Shown in pieces: positions 47,014 to 57,106 of a DNA stretch of 64,000 nucleotides (position 1 is its first letter; the number at the start of each line of letters is the position of its first letter). The notes under the pieces were generated by a model. That model saw only the letters and a list, made by a program, of their open reading frames with translations, made no database searches and was not told where the DNA came from. The DNA is taken from positions 11,687 through 75,686 of the forward strand of contig CAMAVB010000004.1 of assembly GCA_945861465.1 (NCBI GenBank), read 5' to 3'. Source of the DNA: Candidatus Kuenenia stuttgartensis. GTDB taxonomy: Bacteria; Planctomycetota; Planctomycetia; Planctomycetales; Planctomycetaceae. The translations under genes and the position numbers were made by a program.

Positions 47014-50000
47014 GTGATCGCGTTTCGTGCGTTGTTCTGCCTGCCGTTTCTTATACTCAACAGTGCCGTTTTGGGTTTTCAGCCAGCGAAACCGATTGCC
47101 TCGACGGCGGTGATCACCGGGGAAACTCCCGGTCACGCCGTGACGATCGAAGCCGACATTAAAGGGGCGAAGAATCTGTATCTCGTTGTCACCGACGGCG
47201 ACAACGGATATGGCAGTGACTGGGCCGACTGGGCCGAGCCAAAACTTATCGGCAGCAAGGGCGAACTCAAACTGACGGACCTCAAATGGAAATCAGCGGC
47301 CTCCGATTGGGGCAATGTGGGCGTCAACGTCAACGTTGACGGCGGTTCATTGCGAATCAATGGCAAGGCGGTGGAATTCGGGATCGGGACTCATGCGAAC
47401 TCGGTGATCCATTTTGAGCTGCCCGAGGGCTATGACAAGTTCGTCGCGAGAGCTGGTCTGGACAATGGCGGCAGCGATCAGGGAATGGGCACCAGTGTGC
47501 AGTTCTACGTTTATACACAAGCGCCGCCTGCTGCCCCCGGATCTCCGACAAACGATCGAACGCCGGAAGGCGCGGTTGCTGGTCTGGATGTTGCAGACGG
47601 GGTCGAATTGAAGCTGTTCGCGGCAGAACCGATGCTGCTCAGCCCGTCGAACATCGACATCGACCATCTCGGACGTATCTGGGTTTGCGAAGTCGTCAAC
47701 TATCGTCGCTTCGCCAACGGCAGCAATCCTGAGCGCGTCGAAGGCGACCGCATCCTGATTCTGGAAGACACCAACGGCGACGGCATGGCCGACAAGGAAA
47801 CCGTCTTCTATCAGGGCCGCGATATCGATTCGGCTCACGGCGTCTGCGTGCTAGGCAATCGAGTCATCGTGTCTGCTGGAGACAGTGTGTTCAGTTTCTA
47901 CGATGACAACGGCGACTCGAAAGCAGATCGCAAGGAAGTTCTGTTCACCGGCATCAAGGGCACTCAACACGATCACGGCATTCACAGCTTTCAGTTCGGC
48001 CCGGATGGTCGGCTATACTTCAACTTCGGCAATGCCGGAGAAGAATTGCACAATCCTGATGGTTCGATCGTCGTTGACGTTGCGGGCAACGAAGTCCGAG
48101 CTGCTCGCAAGCCCTATCAGGAAGGCATGGCGTTCCGCTGTGAACTGGATGGCAGCAAAGTCGATACCCTCGGCTGGAATTTTCGAAACAACTGGGAACT
48201 GTGCGTCGATAGCTTCGGCACGGTCTGGCAGTCCGACAACGATGACGACGGCAACAAAGGCGTACGGATCAACTATGTGATGGAATACGGCAACTACGGC
48301 TACAAGGACGAGATCACTGGAGCCGGCTGGCAGACGCCTCGCACGAATATGGAAGAAGAAATTCCTCGCCGCCACTGGCATCTGAACGATCCTGGCGTGG
48401 TCCCGAATCTGCTGCAGACCGGAGCTGGTTCACCGACCGGCATCCTGATCTACGAAGGCGATCAGCTGCCCGAGCGATTCATCAATCAACTCATTCACTG
48501 CGACGCCGGCCCGAACGTCGTCCGCAGTTACGCCGTGAGCGATGACGGTGCTGGCTACAAGGCCGAGATCAACGATATTCTCAATGGGACTCGCGATCAG
48601 TGGTTCCGTCCGTCCGATGTCTGCGTGGCTCCGGATGGATCTTTGATTGTGGCCGACTGGTATGATCCCGGTGTCGGCGGCCATCGTCAGGGTGACGTCG
48701 ATCGAGGCCGCTTGTTCCGCGTCTCTCTGCCGAGCCAGAAGTATTCGGTGCCGAAGCATGACTTTTCAACAATCGAAGGAGCCGCTGAAGCTCTGAAGAG
48801 TCCTAATAATGCGACTCGCTATCTGGCCTTTACCAAGCTGAAGGAATCCGGCGCTGCGGCTGAAACAGTGTTGGCGAAGATGTTTGAATCCGACCCGAAT
48901 CCACGATTCCGCTCACGAGCCCTCTGGCTGTTGGGTCAGATCGACGGGAAGACTCAGAAGTATCTGGACCTCGCGATTGCAGATAAGGACAAGGACATTC
49001 GGATTGTTGGATTGCGATTGGCTCGCCGAATGAGTATTGACGTCGTTCCGGTCGTTGAAAAGCTGGTGAAGGATCAGTCACCGCAGGTCCGACGTGATTG
49101 TGCACTCGCGTTGCGGCCTTTGAGCGATGGCAATCGAAGTCGGCTCTGGGTTGAGCTTGCCCTGGCAAACACACAGAGCGATCGATGGCTCCTTGAAGCC
49201 GTGGGAATCTCGGCGGATGGACACTGGGATGCCGTGATTGGGCCGTTTCATGATGCGATGCGACAGAAACTCGCCAAGCGAGAACGCTACAGTTATGACG
49301 TGGCATTGGACCTTGTTCGACGAGGCCGAGAGTCATCGCTTCCACAAGAATTCGTCGTGGGGATTCAATCACGAGCCAGAGGTCATCTGAACCAGACTGA
49401 AGCTCAGGTGAATCAGAACCGCGCCGATATCCTGAAGTTTTTCCGGTCGCTTGATTTTCAGCCAGCACCTCAGGCTCAGACTGCAATCACGCAACTCCTG
49501 AAGCAAGCTGCAGTCGATTCCTATGACAAAACGCAGGCGGATCTGATCGTAGGGGAAGCACTTCAGCGGCTGAATCCAGCAGAGTTCAATTCCCCGGAAG
49601 TTAAGGCCGTGCTGCAGTCGACGCTCAAAAAGCTAGAAGGCACTTCTCAGTTTGTTCAGTTGGTCAAGAAGGGCGGATTTGAGGACGCATACCCGGATCT
49701 TCTCAAGATGGCCCAATCAACTGCGTCCCCGCAATTGAGCGTCGAGGCCGTGTCTGCGTTACTTGAGCTCAAGCAGTGGCCTCTGATCGACGACGCGCTG
49801 CGAATCGAAGACACCACCGTGGCAATTGCAACCGCTGACGCACTGGGTAATTCACAGAACGGCGCAATCAGTGGCCTTCTGCTGCCGATTGTAAAGAACG
49901 CAGAAGTGAACATCGATGTCCGCCGAGCTGCGGTCAAAGCCGCTTCGAAGGCTGGCAATGGGGCGATGGAATTGGTGAAGCTTGTTGACGAAAAGACTCT

Positions 50001-50568
50001 TGATCCAGAACTGGAGCAGTCCGTGGCGGCAGCACTGCATAGTTCTCCGCACCGAAATGCTCGTGAGGCAGCTCAGCGATTGTTCCCGCTGCCTCCGTCA
50101 AAGGACAACATGCCGACGTTGCCCATCGGCGAACTTACGAAAATGGCGGGGAATCTGCCCAACGGACGGATGGTGTTCTTCTCAACCGGCACGTGCCACA
50201 AGTGCCACGTCGTGGATGGCATGGGCCGGGAGATCGGGCCGAACCTGACGGAAATCGGCAGCAAACTCAGCCGCGAAGCGATGTTCGAATCCGTGCTCTA
50301 CCCGAGTGCCGGCATTAGCCACAATTTTGAGCTGTGGACGGTCGTGATGGCCTCAGGGACAACGGTCAATGGAATGCTGATCAGCAACACCGACGAAGAA
50401 GTCAGCATCAAAGGCGACGACGCCCTGGTGCGAACCTTCAAAAAATCGGACGTCGAAGAACTGGTCAAGCAAAAGATCAGCATGATGCCCGCTGACCTGC
50501 AGAAGACCATGACGACTCAGGAACTCGCGGACGTCGTGGAGTACATGCAGTCGCTGAAGAAGAAGTAA
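47014..50568 (+). CDS. NPCBM-like + PVC-type heme-binding (membrane-bound dehydrogenase-like) + HEAT + cytochrome c protein
   Basis: N-terminal NPCBM pattern (LYLVVTDGDNGYGSDWADWAEPKL...GIGTHANS...AGLDN), a beta-propeller-like region (DIDHLGRIWVCEV), HEAT-like repeats, and a C-terminal CHKCH heme-c site. Signal peptide present. Confidence 0.8.
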   Translation: MIAFRALFCLPFLILNSAVLGFQPAKPIASTAVITGETPGHAVTIEADIKGAKNLYLVVTDGDNGYGSDWADWAEPKLIGSKGELKLTDLKWKSAASDWGNVGVNVNVDGGSLRINGKAVEFGIGTHANSVIHFELPEGYDKFVARAGLDNGGSDQGMGTSVQFYVYTQAPPAAPGSPTNDRTPEGAVAGLDVADGVELKLFAAEPMLLSPSNIDIDHLGRIWVCEVVNYRRFANGSNPERVEGDRILILEDTNGDGMADKETVFYQGRDIDSAHGVCVLGNRVIVSAGDSVFSFYDDNGDSKADRKEVLFTGIKGTQHDHGIHSFQFGPDGRLYFNFGNAGEELHNPDGSIVVDVAGNEVRAARKPYQEGMAFRCELDGSKVDTLGWNFRNNWELCVDSFGTVWQSDNDDDGNKGVRINYVMEYGNYGYKDEITGAGWQTPRTNMEEEIPRRHWHLNDPGVVPNLLQTGAGSPTGILIYEGDQLPERFINQLIHCDAGPNVVRSYAVSDDGAGYKAEINDILNGTRDQWFRPSDVCVAPDGSLIVADWYDPGVGGHRQGDVDRGRLFRVSLPSQKYSVPKHDFSTIEGAAEALKSPNNATRYLAFTKLKESGAAAETVLAKMFESDPNPRFRSRALWLLGQIDGKTQKYLDLAIADKDKDIRIVGLRLARRMSIDVVPVVEKLVKDQSPQVRRDCALALRPLSDGNRSRLWVELALANTQSDRWLLEAVGISADGHWDAVIGPFHDAMRQKLAKRERYSYDVALDLVRRGRESSLPQEFVVGIQSRARGHLNQTEAQVNQNRADILKFFRSLDFQPAPQAQTAITQLLKQAAVDSYDKTQADLIVGEALQRLNPAEFNSPEVKAVLQSTLKKLEGTSQFVQLVKKGGFEDAYPDLLKMAQSTASPQLSVEAVSALLELKQWPLIDDALRIEDTTVAIATADALGNSQNGAISGLLLPIVKNAEVNIDVRRAAVKAASKAGNGAMELVKLVDEKTLDPELEQSVAAALHSSPHRNAREAAQRLFPLPPSKDNMPTLPIGELTKMAGNLPNGRMVFFSTGTCHKCHVVDGMGREIGPNLTEIGSKLSREAMFESVLYPSAGISHNFELWTVVMASGTTVNGMLISNTDEEVSIKGDDALVRTFKKSDVEELVKQKISMMPADLQKTMTTQELADVVEYMQSLKKK

Positions 50569-50580
50569 AGAATACCCCCC

Positions 50581-50680
50581 GAGCGGTGTCGCGTCAGCCC
50601 ACCGGTACGAATGCGATTTTCGCCTGTGATCGCGTGACAGGAATCGCAGGGTACCGGCAGGTTGACACTTGCAGCTCACC
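50581..50680. repeat. REP-like pair, gagcggtgtcgcgtcagcccaccggta family
   Basis: gagcggtgtcgcgtcagcccaccggtac ... gggtaccggcaggttgacacttgcagctcac. Confidence 0.7.
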
Positions 50681-50700
50681 AGTTGCAGCCAGTATTTCGG

Positions 50701-51597
50701 CTAGCGTCTGACAGCTGGAATGCCTTCTGAAAACGGTTTGCCGATCGGAAACTGCATTCGCTCGCCGGACGTTTCGATGATCACATCCTGATCATGGACT
50801 TCAATCACGCGACCACTCAGGGCAACGGTATCGAAGTCGCTTCCTGCGCCCACCTGAATCGTGCGGCTCGACAATTGTTCGGTGATCCAGACAAGCGGCG
50901 TACCATTGCTGAATGTGATCGCGCTGATGATCGTATGCTGCATTGGGTCGGTGTTGTCGATACCGATACCAAAGATGTTGTCTTTGACAATCGGCTGATA
51001 GTGACTGAACTCTTTCGATGCCAGAAGCTCCGAGGGCGCAGTGTTCAGAGTGTCCCCCTTTCGTCCGACGAGCAGCAGTGTTTCAATGCCCAGCGAAATA
51101 TCAAACTGGCCTGTCGCTCCGATGGGATTGAGCGTCATGCTGGAGATCTGATGCAGATGTCCGGCGTTAGAAAACTGAAACAGAAAGGCATTGAATTCCG
51201 CCAGCGAACCTCGGCAGCGAACGCTGAATGGCATGCTGCGAAACAGCACCTTGTTGTCCTTCGCCTTGCGTGTCGAGGCTGAGCCGGAGTCAACAGTCGC
51301 GTTTCGCAGTTTTGTAGTTCGGATCAGACTCAACAGCCAGCTGCGATACACGGAACGAGTCACTTCCGGGTCCGAAGGCAGCGATTGCTTCATCCAGCCA
51401 TCAATCTGTCTGGCTGCATTGCGAGTTTCTGCCAGAGACGCTTCACGCTTCCTGATGTCAGCCTGCAGCTGTTCGGTTTTTCCACGGCGAAGTTGCAGAG
51501 GGCCCTGAATCATGGTGTTCAGAACCCAGTCGCCCGCCTGAACGACGGCCATGAGTGCGAGCATTGCAAGCAGGATCCGCTGTCGGTTGGGTTTCAT
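50701..51597 (-). CDS. T2SS/T4P assembly-platform protein (GspM/PilO-like N-terminus, PilP-like C-terminus)
   Basis: A single N-terminal TM helix (ILLAMLALMAVV), then a coiled coil, then alpha/beta and beta domains. The ATGA overlap with the upstream gene and its position in the operon support the call. Confidence 0.5.
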   Translation of the reverse strand: MKPNRQRILLAMLALMAVVQAGDWVLNTMIQGPLQLRRGKTEQLQADIRKREASLAETRNAARQIDGWMKQSLPSDPEVTRSVYRSWLLSLIRTTKLRNATVDSGSASTRKAKDNKVLFRSMPFSVRCRGSLAEFNAFLFQFSNAGHLHQISSMTLNPIGATGQFDISLGIETLLLVGRKGDTLNTAPSELLASKEFSHYQPIVKDNIFGIGIDNTDPMQHTIISAITFSNGTPLVWITEQLSSRTIQVGAGSDFDTVALSGRVIEVHDQDVIIETSGERMQFPIGKPFSEGIPAVRR

Positions 51598-53111
51598 TGC
51601 TGCTTCCCCTTTGCATCCGCAGATTGAGCGGGGGATGCATACTGCGATGGTGTTCGTTTTCGAATCGTCAGAGTCGCCTGAAAAGTGGAGACGACCTTGT
51701 TGCCTTCCTGCTGTTCTCGTACACCCGGGATGCGAATGTCGTGATACTTGTCGCGAAGATTGTTCTCCATCTGCGCGATAATCTCCGGAGACGCGCCGAC
51801 ACCTCGAAACGTCGCGACGGCGGTTCCCGGTCCGGCTGACGAAATGGTCAACTGCTGGACGGTCAGGTTTGGCAAAGAAGGAATCCGCTCGGTCAGATCT
51901 CGCAGCTCATCCGGCCAGCTCATGCGATTTTTTTCCCAGGCCGCAACGCTGGCGACAAGGTTCCGTCGTGACTGTGTGTCTTTGACAATCTCATTCAGCT
52001 CATTGAGCCGCGTTACCAGCCGGGCATTCTCTTCGTCAATCTCGTTGAACTGCGACCAGACGTAATAAAATCCTCCGCCGACAAGTAATGAAGCAGCAGC
52101 GACAGCAGCGATGATTTTCTTAATCGGGCTGGTCTGAACAGGAGCACGTCGAGGATTTGTAAAGTCGATCGCGGGCGTCACCGCAGATGCGTCTTCGTAT
52201 GCTGCGGCCAGCAATGGTGCGAAATTACCAGAATTGACGAGGTTGGCAGACGGTTCAGACGAAGTCGGATCGACCAGCAGTGAGTTGGGTCGCACGACAG
52301 CCGCGACAACCTGAAAGTGATCCGACAGCACATGATCAAGTCCGGTCGTTTGTGCTTCATTCCCCACGATGACAACGTGAGCAATCTTTGCGGGCTGGGC
52401 CATCTGGCCACCAGCGGAAATCAACGTTCGCTGAGTTTCGGAACGCAGATACCGGTTGATCTCCAATTGAGGAACATCGGCAGCGAGTCGAATGGTTCGC
52501 GACAGCAACGGAAGTCCATCCGCGCACAACAGGACCTCCGCAACGTCGTCGCCGCGGCTGATGATCAGCGTGGCGGAATCAGAGTTGCCGCTGTTCTTCT
52601 GTTCGATGCGCAACAGTTCCGGAACAAACGTTCGCAGTGGATGAGTACTGACGAGAACTCGATGTGACTTGCAGCCGGACTGAGCCATTAGTTGCCGAAC
52701 AAGCATCAGATCTTCTGCCACCAAAGCCATCGCGCTGATGTTGCGAGTGCCATCCGGGCGTCTGGGATAGGCGATAAAGTCAATCGGCGTCAGATCGGTC
52801 GCACCGGGGATGTCACGCACGGCCATGTTCTGCACGAGGGCGGGCAGTTCCGAATCACTCGCCGGCGGAACGGAGAATGTCGCCGAATCGATGGAACCAC
52901 GGTTCATCAGAATCAGCAGCTTTGATTTGTCGGCCTTGAGTCGCCCCACGAGTTGCTGAACGCCACTGACTAACGCTGCGCTGAGTTCTCCATCGGCGGT
53001 CAGTTCTTCCTGCCCCGCGTCCATGACGCGCATCCGCCCCTGACGATCCGCGTCCGTATGAAGGTATCGCAGCGTGCGAGCATTCCAGTTGATGACAAGA
53101 AGTCGTGGCAT
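51594..53111 (-). CDS. GspL/PilM-PilN-like assembly protein
   Basis: An actin-like N-terminal region, a central TM helix (IIAAVAAASLLVGGGFYYVW), a coiled coil, and a ferredoxin-like C-terminus. The call rests on operon context. Confidence 0.55.
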   Translation of the reverse strand: MPRLLVINWNARTLRYLHTDADRQGRMRVMDAGQEELTADGELSAALVSGVQQLVGRLKADKSKLLILMNRGSIDSATFSVPPASDSELPALVQNMAVRDIPGATDLTPIDFIAYPRRPDGTRNISAMALVAEDLMLVRQLMAQSGCKSHRVLVSTHPLRTFVPELLRIEQKNSGNSDSATLIISRGDDVAEVLLCADGLPLLSRTIRLAADVPQLEINRYLRSETQRTLISAGGQMAQPAKIAHVVIVGNEAQTTGLDHVLSDHFQVVAAVVRPNSLLVDPTSSEPSANLVNSGNFAPLLAAAYEDASAVTPAIDFTNPRRAPVQTSPIKKIIAAVAAASLLVGGGFYYVWSQFNEIDEENARLVTRLNELNEIVKDTQSRRNLVASVAAWEKNRMSWPDELRDLTERIPSLPNLTVQQLTISSAGPGTAVATFRGVGASPEIIAQMENNLRDKYHDIRIPGVREQQEGNKVVSTFQATLTIRKRTPSQYASPAQSADAKGKQQ

Positions 53112-53155
53112 AATGATTCGGCGCTTGTGTGTGAATGAACAATGAATGTGATGCC

Positions 53156-54883
53156 CTATTGAACCCCTGGCAGCAACAACTCCTGTGAATACGGCAATTG
53201 TGAATCCGTCAGTTCGGCCCAGTATAAGCGTCGCGGAGGTGTCGATGCAGCATCGAGAATCAGATTTCGCCGAAGCATCGGACCGCCGATCGCTCGATGA
53301 ACAATTACGTCACTCTGAAACACATCTCCGCCCATGGTGAGTTCCGGAAACACGCGACGAAATGTTGTCGGATCCAGCACGTTGCGAGAAAGCAACCAAG
53401 CCACAGTTCCTGCTTCAATCGGATCTAATGTGGCACGCTGAGTGATGATCTGAGTCACCACTTCCGGTGTCAGCCCCGGAATTGTTCTCAAGACTGTTTC
53501 AGCTGCTGTTTGCAGATTGACCCGACCGGAGACGACTGATTCCGGATTCACAGTCGTCATGTCAAACAAGCCAGCGGCCAGCGTTGCGAAGTCCGGACTG
53601 CTGCTTTGTAATGGACTCTGCACTACGATCAGTCCGGTGGCCGACGAGACCTGCACCGTGGAGTTGATCAGATCGGCCAATGAGGCCACTGGAAACGCGG
53701 CCACCATCGAAGATGCATAGGGAGCAGCAGACGATTCAACTCCTCTTTGGGCTTCCGCCGAAAGCGTCAGGCCGTAAACGCGAGCCAGCAGGATATATCG
53801 AGCCAGATTCTCCGGCAGCACTGCAGTGAGTTGCTGTTCCAGTTCCGCAAGACCGGTCGCGTTCAATGAAATTCTCGGTTGCCCGTGGCTGTTGCGATTG
53901 CGTTCGGCAGAGTGCAGAGTCAGGTGCTGTACCCAGCTCGTTCCTGTAGCCCCGACTGGATTGGAAGAGAGATCGCCGTTTGCATCAATGGATCGAAACT
54001 GCGACTGTGGTGATTGAGCTTCTGTTGACTGCGTTGATTGATCACCTGTGGCACTGTGTCCCATCAAAAGTGGCCGAGTGACTCCTTTCACAAACAGAAG
54101 TTCGCTCAAGTGCTGCGGGACAGCGTTCGCGGCTCGATAAGGTCGATCGAGCGTTTGATAATATTCCGTCTCCGCACCAAATTCGCGTGTTTGATCATCA
54201 GCGTCCAGCCAGTCAAGCAGCGCATCGGCAATGGCTTCGGTCATTCCGGGAAGCTGCATAAACGACATTCGACCCGCGCCGGGACTGGCCTGCTCCCATC
54301 TCATCAACACATTCAAATTCAGCTTCGACGATTCATTCTGCAGCCCAAATCGGAGCACGCTGTTTTGTTCGGGAGTCTGATCAAGCGAGACCACGGAGAA
54401 TCTCCAGCGATCATCGACGAATGCGGGATCTGTGCTCATGGGCTGTTCCATGAGCGGATTCGAGGCGAACGCTGTGGAGGAATTTCCCTGGCCCAACTCC
54501 GCTAGTGGTTCCACCAAATGACCTCGAAACAACGCAGGATTATGGTGCGAACCTCCCAGAAATTTTCGTTCTCGTTCGGACAGAGCACCAAACCAAAGCA
54601 GTGTTGATTCGGCAGATGCCAGCGTTTGCTGAGCCTGGCGCACGCTGCCGTTCAGCCGCGCGGCTTCGTACTCTGTTGACATGGCTGAAAGAAAACCAAA
54701 GCCCGCCAGCGCGACCATCATCACGAGCACCAGCACAACAATCAGCACCACACCCCGCCGCGATTTGTCAGCGAGCGGTTGGGCGTCAGCCCTCCGAGCA
54801 GCCAGATCCGCAACCACACGGAGCTGGGTACGAAGAGAAGTCAACTCGGACGGCTGACGCCCTGCCGCTCGCCGAATTCTCAT
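53156..54883 (-). CDS. gspK: GspK-like minor pseudopilin (start uncertain)
   Basis: KSRRGVVLIVVLVLVMMVALAG matches the GspK N-terminus (RG.AL..VL....). It is followed by FNLN-type and helix-hairpin-helix-like regions. Candidate starts are ATG 54883 (ATGA overlap with the gspJ stop), GTG 54817 and CTG 54805. REP arms lie inside the 5' 115 nt. Confidence 0.7.
   Translation of the reverse strand: MRIRRAAGRQPSELTSLRTQLRVVADLAARRADAQPLADKSRRGVVLIVVLVLVMMVALAGFGFLSAMSTEYEAARLNGSVRQAQQTLASAESTLLWFGALSERERKFLGGSHHNPALFRGHLVEPLAELGQGNSSTAFASNPLMEQPMSTDPAFVDDRWRFSVVSLDQTPEQNSVLRFGLQNESSKLNLNVLMRWEQASPGAGRMSFMQLPGMTEAIADALLDWLDADDQTREFGAETEYYQTLDRPYRAANAVPQHLSELLFVKGVTRPLLMGHSATGDQSTQSTEAQSPQSQFRSIDANGDLSSNPVGATGTSWVQHLTLHSAERNRNSHGQPRISLNATGLAELEQQLTAVLPENLARYILLARVYGLTLSAEAQRGVESSAAPYASSMVAAFPVASLADLINSTVQVSSATGLIVVQSPLQSSSPDFATLAAGLFDMTTVNPESVVSGRVNLQTAAETVLRTIPGLTPEVVTQIITQRATLDPIEAGTVAWLLSRNVLDPTTFRRVFPELTMGGDVFQSDVIVHRAIGGPMLRRNLILDAASTPPRRLYWAELTDSQLPYSQELLLPGVQ
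54768..54874. repeat. REP pair (ggcgagcggcagggcgtcagccctccgag family) inside the gspJ-gspK junction
   Basis: gcgagcggttgggcgtcagccctccgag ... ctcggacggctgacgccctgccgctcgcc. Confidence 0.8.
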
Positions 54884-56187
54884 AACGCAGCCTCCGGTTC
54901 AGAGGCATCACTTCCGGTTCCCGGTTCGGGCATATGGCCGCTGACAGGTTGAAGCAGGATGATCCGTTCGACTTGTCGCGTCTGGATCGTAGCCAGCGGA
55001 TCGGTCGTTGGATCCTCGGTCGTTGCTGGCGGCGAAACGGCGGACGGCGAAGTCGTTGACAGGCTGTCATCAATGGCTTCATCAAGCGGTGAGTCCTGCG
55101 AAGTCGAATCGCCAAAGATCTGTTTTAGTTTCTCCAGATCGGCCGCCGTGACAAGCTGCATCCGAACTCGAATCGCCAGCGGCAGCGACTGCTGTTGTGC
55201 GCTGTTCCAGGTCGATGCCCACGACGAACCGCTGAAGTACTCGAAGCGGCAACTTACGACTTCTGGAATAAGGTCGAACTTCGGCACGTTCTGAACCGGG
55301 CCATCTGAGGCCGGTGTAGCTCCGCCGGATTCCGCCTGCGTATTCGCGGGAGGAAACAGCAGCGTCTCCAAAGTCCTGCGATCGACCGATTCGTCGCTTT
55401 CTGCGACGGAATCTTCACGGGGCGAATCCTGCTGGCTTAGAGCAGTCTGCAGCGTCAGCGATTCCGTTTGAATTCGATAAAGCCCTGCTTGAAGAGCCTG
55501 ATTGCCCGCGATCATTCCAGGAGCCTGAAACTGCCAGATAATGGTTTGATATTCGGAGACCTTCGGAGCAACTCCTTCGACGCTGATCGTGTCTTCAGGC
55601 GAAGCCATCGGCTCAGGTGTTGTGCTGGCAGCGGGAACGCCTGCATCACCCGCAGCGAGTGACGTGTCTGAGGTCATCGGATTGGAGTTGAGAACAGGTG
55701 GGAGTTCTTTTTTCGGCTGCTCAATGGAGAGCTTCATCGACGAACTGTTGCCGATAAGAGAAACCTGGCCGGGGATCGCGATCGTTTCCCCGGATGCTGG
55801 TCCCGCGAAGACTGAGGGCTCGCTCAGGGCTGGCTCTGTGCCAGTGCTGAGTGGATCAACAGCCAATGGATCAACAAGTAGTGCAGGCGGCTCAGCAGAG
55901 AGTGTCGATGATTCGCTCGTGATTCCAGGACTCGGCACAACCCTGGGATTCGTGTCCGGTGCGGAGACGCTTTGCAGATCACTCTCGATCATTTGCAGCA
56001 GTGATCGAATGAGTTGCTGCTCCGTCGCCTGAGCCTGCCCGGCAGTGAGATAGCTGTTGTACATCGACATCATGCCCCAGACGACGGACATCAAAGCCGC
56101 GACCAGGACAGAGGCGATCAGCATTTCGACCAGCGTGTAGCCACGGCGTTTCAGCGGAAGGGTCCGAGTGTCGTGCGCGAGGTTCAC
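54880..56187 (-). CDS. gspJ: GspJ-like minor pseudopilin with long S/T/P-rich insert (start uncertain)
   Basis: Prepilin-type leader and cleavage site LKRRG/YTLVEMLIASVLVAALM. Start provisionally GTG 56187, because the ORF-track extension to 56445 runs through REP hairpins. Confidence 0.65.
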   Translation of the reverse strand: MNLAHDTRTLPLKRRGYTLVEMLIASVLVAALMSVVWGMMSMYNSYLTAGQAQATEQQLIRSLLQMIESDLQSVSAPDTNPRVVPSPGITSESSTLSAEPPALLVDPLAVDPLSTGTEPALSEPSVFAGPASGETIAIPGQVSLIGNSSSMKLSIEQPKKELPPVLNSNPMTSDTSLAAGDAGVPAASTTPEPMASPEDTISVEGVAPKVSEYQTIIWQFQAPGMIAGNQALQAGLYRIQTESLTLQTALSQQDSPREDSVAESDESVDRRTLETLLFPPANTQAESGGATPASDGPVQNVPKFDLIPEVVSCRFEYFSGSSWASTWNSAQQQSLPLAIRVRMQLVTAADLEKLKQIFGDSTSQDSPLDEAIDDSLSTTSPSAVSPPATTEDPTTDPLATIQTRQVERIILLQPVSGHMPEPGTGSDASEPEAAL

Positions 56188-56227
56188 CGAAAGTCGTTGG
56201 TGAGCAGAGATGGCCGCTTCCCGTGAG

Positions 56228-56412
56228 TCCCTTCTCCCCTGAAATCGGGGGAGAAGGTGGCCGACAGGCCGGATGAGGGGGTTGTCTTCAATATCGCCTG
56301 ATTTCTGCACTAGACATGGGGTGTGCCTTCGCATTCGCTCGTCACACCCTACGAAATTCAGCGTTTTCGAGTAGCGTGTGACAAATGATCGAATGCGAAC
56401 GCAGGTACACCG
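56228..56412. repeat. hairpin cccttctcccc/ggggagaagg plus an inverted pair of the gtagggtgtgac family
   Basis: cccttctcccctgaaatcgggggagaagg; then ggtgtgccttcgcattcgctcgtcacaccctac ... gtagcgtgtgacaaatgatcgaatgcgaacgcaggtacacc. Confidence 0.75.
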
Positions 56413-56441
56413 CGTGACGCGGTCTTGAATGATACTCGGCC

Positions 56442-57002
56442 TCACAGCAGGCCTCCTGACTGCATCGTGCCAGGTTGCAGCAAACCCGGTTCATCCATTC
56501 CCGGCATCAACTCATTGAACGCGCCTTCCGGAGGTGGCCCGGAGATCCAGCGAGTCAGCGAGAATCGCAGGGGGCGCGGCAGCGTCTGATCGCCTTGAAG
56601 AACTTCCACGGTCAGGGTCCACATGCCCGGCTGGGAGGCTAGTGGTGCGATGCGTACCGAATGACGCCACTCCGGATTTGTCTCATCAATTGTCGGTTCA
56701 ACGTCTTCCTGCTGAGCCGAAGAAAAAGGATCTTGAGCGTTTATACCATCCGCTGTTTCTTCAATCGGTGCTGGGAGAGGAATCAACGGCATGGATTCGA
56801 CGAGTTCCATCGGTCGCATTCCCAGCAGTAACTCATTCAGCGTTTGTTCGCAAAGTTGCTGAGCTTCAGAATTCAGTCTCGCCTTTTGTGATTGATCACG
56901 TCCCATTCCTGCAAGTCGTGCCAGCACCACAGCGCTGCCCATCAGGATGGCAGTAGCGATGATCACTTCGATCAGCGAGAAACCACGGCGAGTTTTGGGC
57001 AA
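56442..57002 (-). CDS. gspI: GspI-like minor pseudopilin
   Basis: TTG 57002 gives MPKTRRG/FSLIEVIIATAILM, a canonical short prepilin leader plus the methylation motif. Confidence 0.7.
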   Translation of the reverse strand: MPKTRRGFSLIEVIIATAILMGSAVVLARLAGMGRDQSQKARLNSEAQQLCEQTLNELLLGMRPMELVESMPLIPLPAPIEETADGINAQDPFSSAQQEDVEPTIDETNPEWRHSVRIAPLASQPGMWTLTVEVLQGDQTLPRPLRFSLTRWISGPPPEGAFNELMPGMDEPGLLQPGTMQSGGLL

Positions 57003-57032
57003 TGTTCGTAACCCCACGGCAAGTGACTGGAT

Positions 57033-57089
57033 GTCAGCCCTCCGAGTGCATTGTCGTGTGCTCGGAGGGCTGACGCCCTGCCGCTCGCC
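57033..57089. repeat. REP hairpin between gspH and gspI
   Basis: gtcagccctccgag-tgcattgtcgtgtg-ctcggagggctgacgccctgccgctcgcc. Confidence 0.8.
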
Positions 57090-57106
57090 GGAGACTTTGC
57101 ACGATC

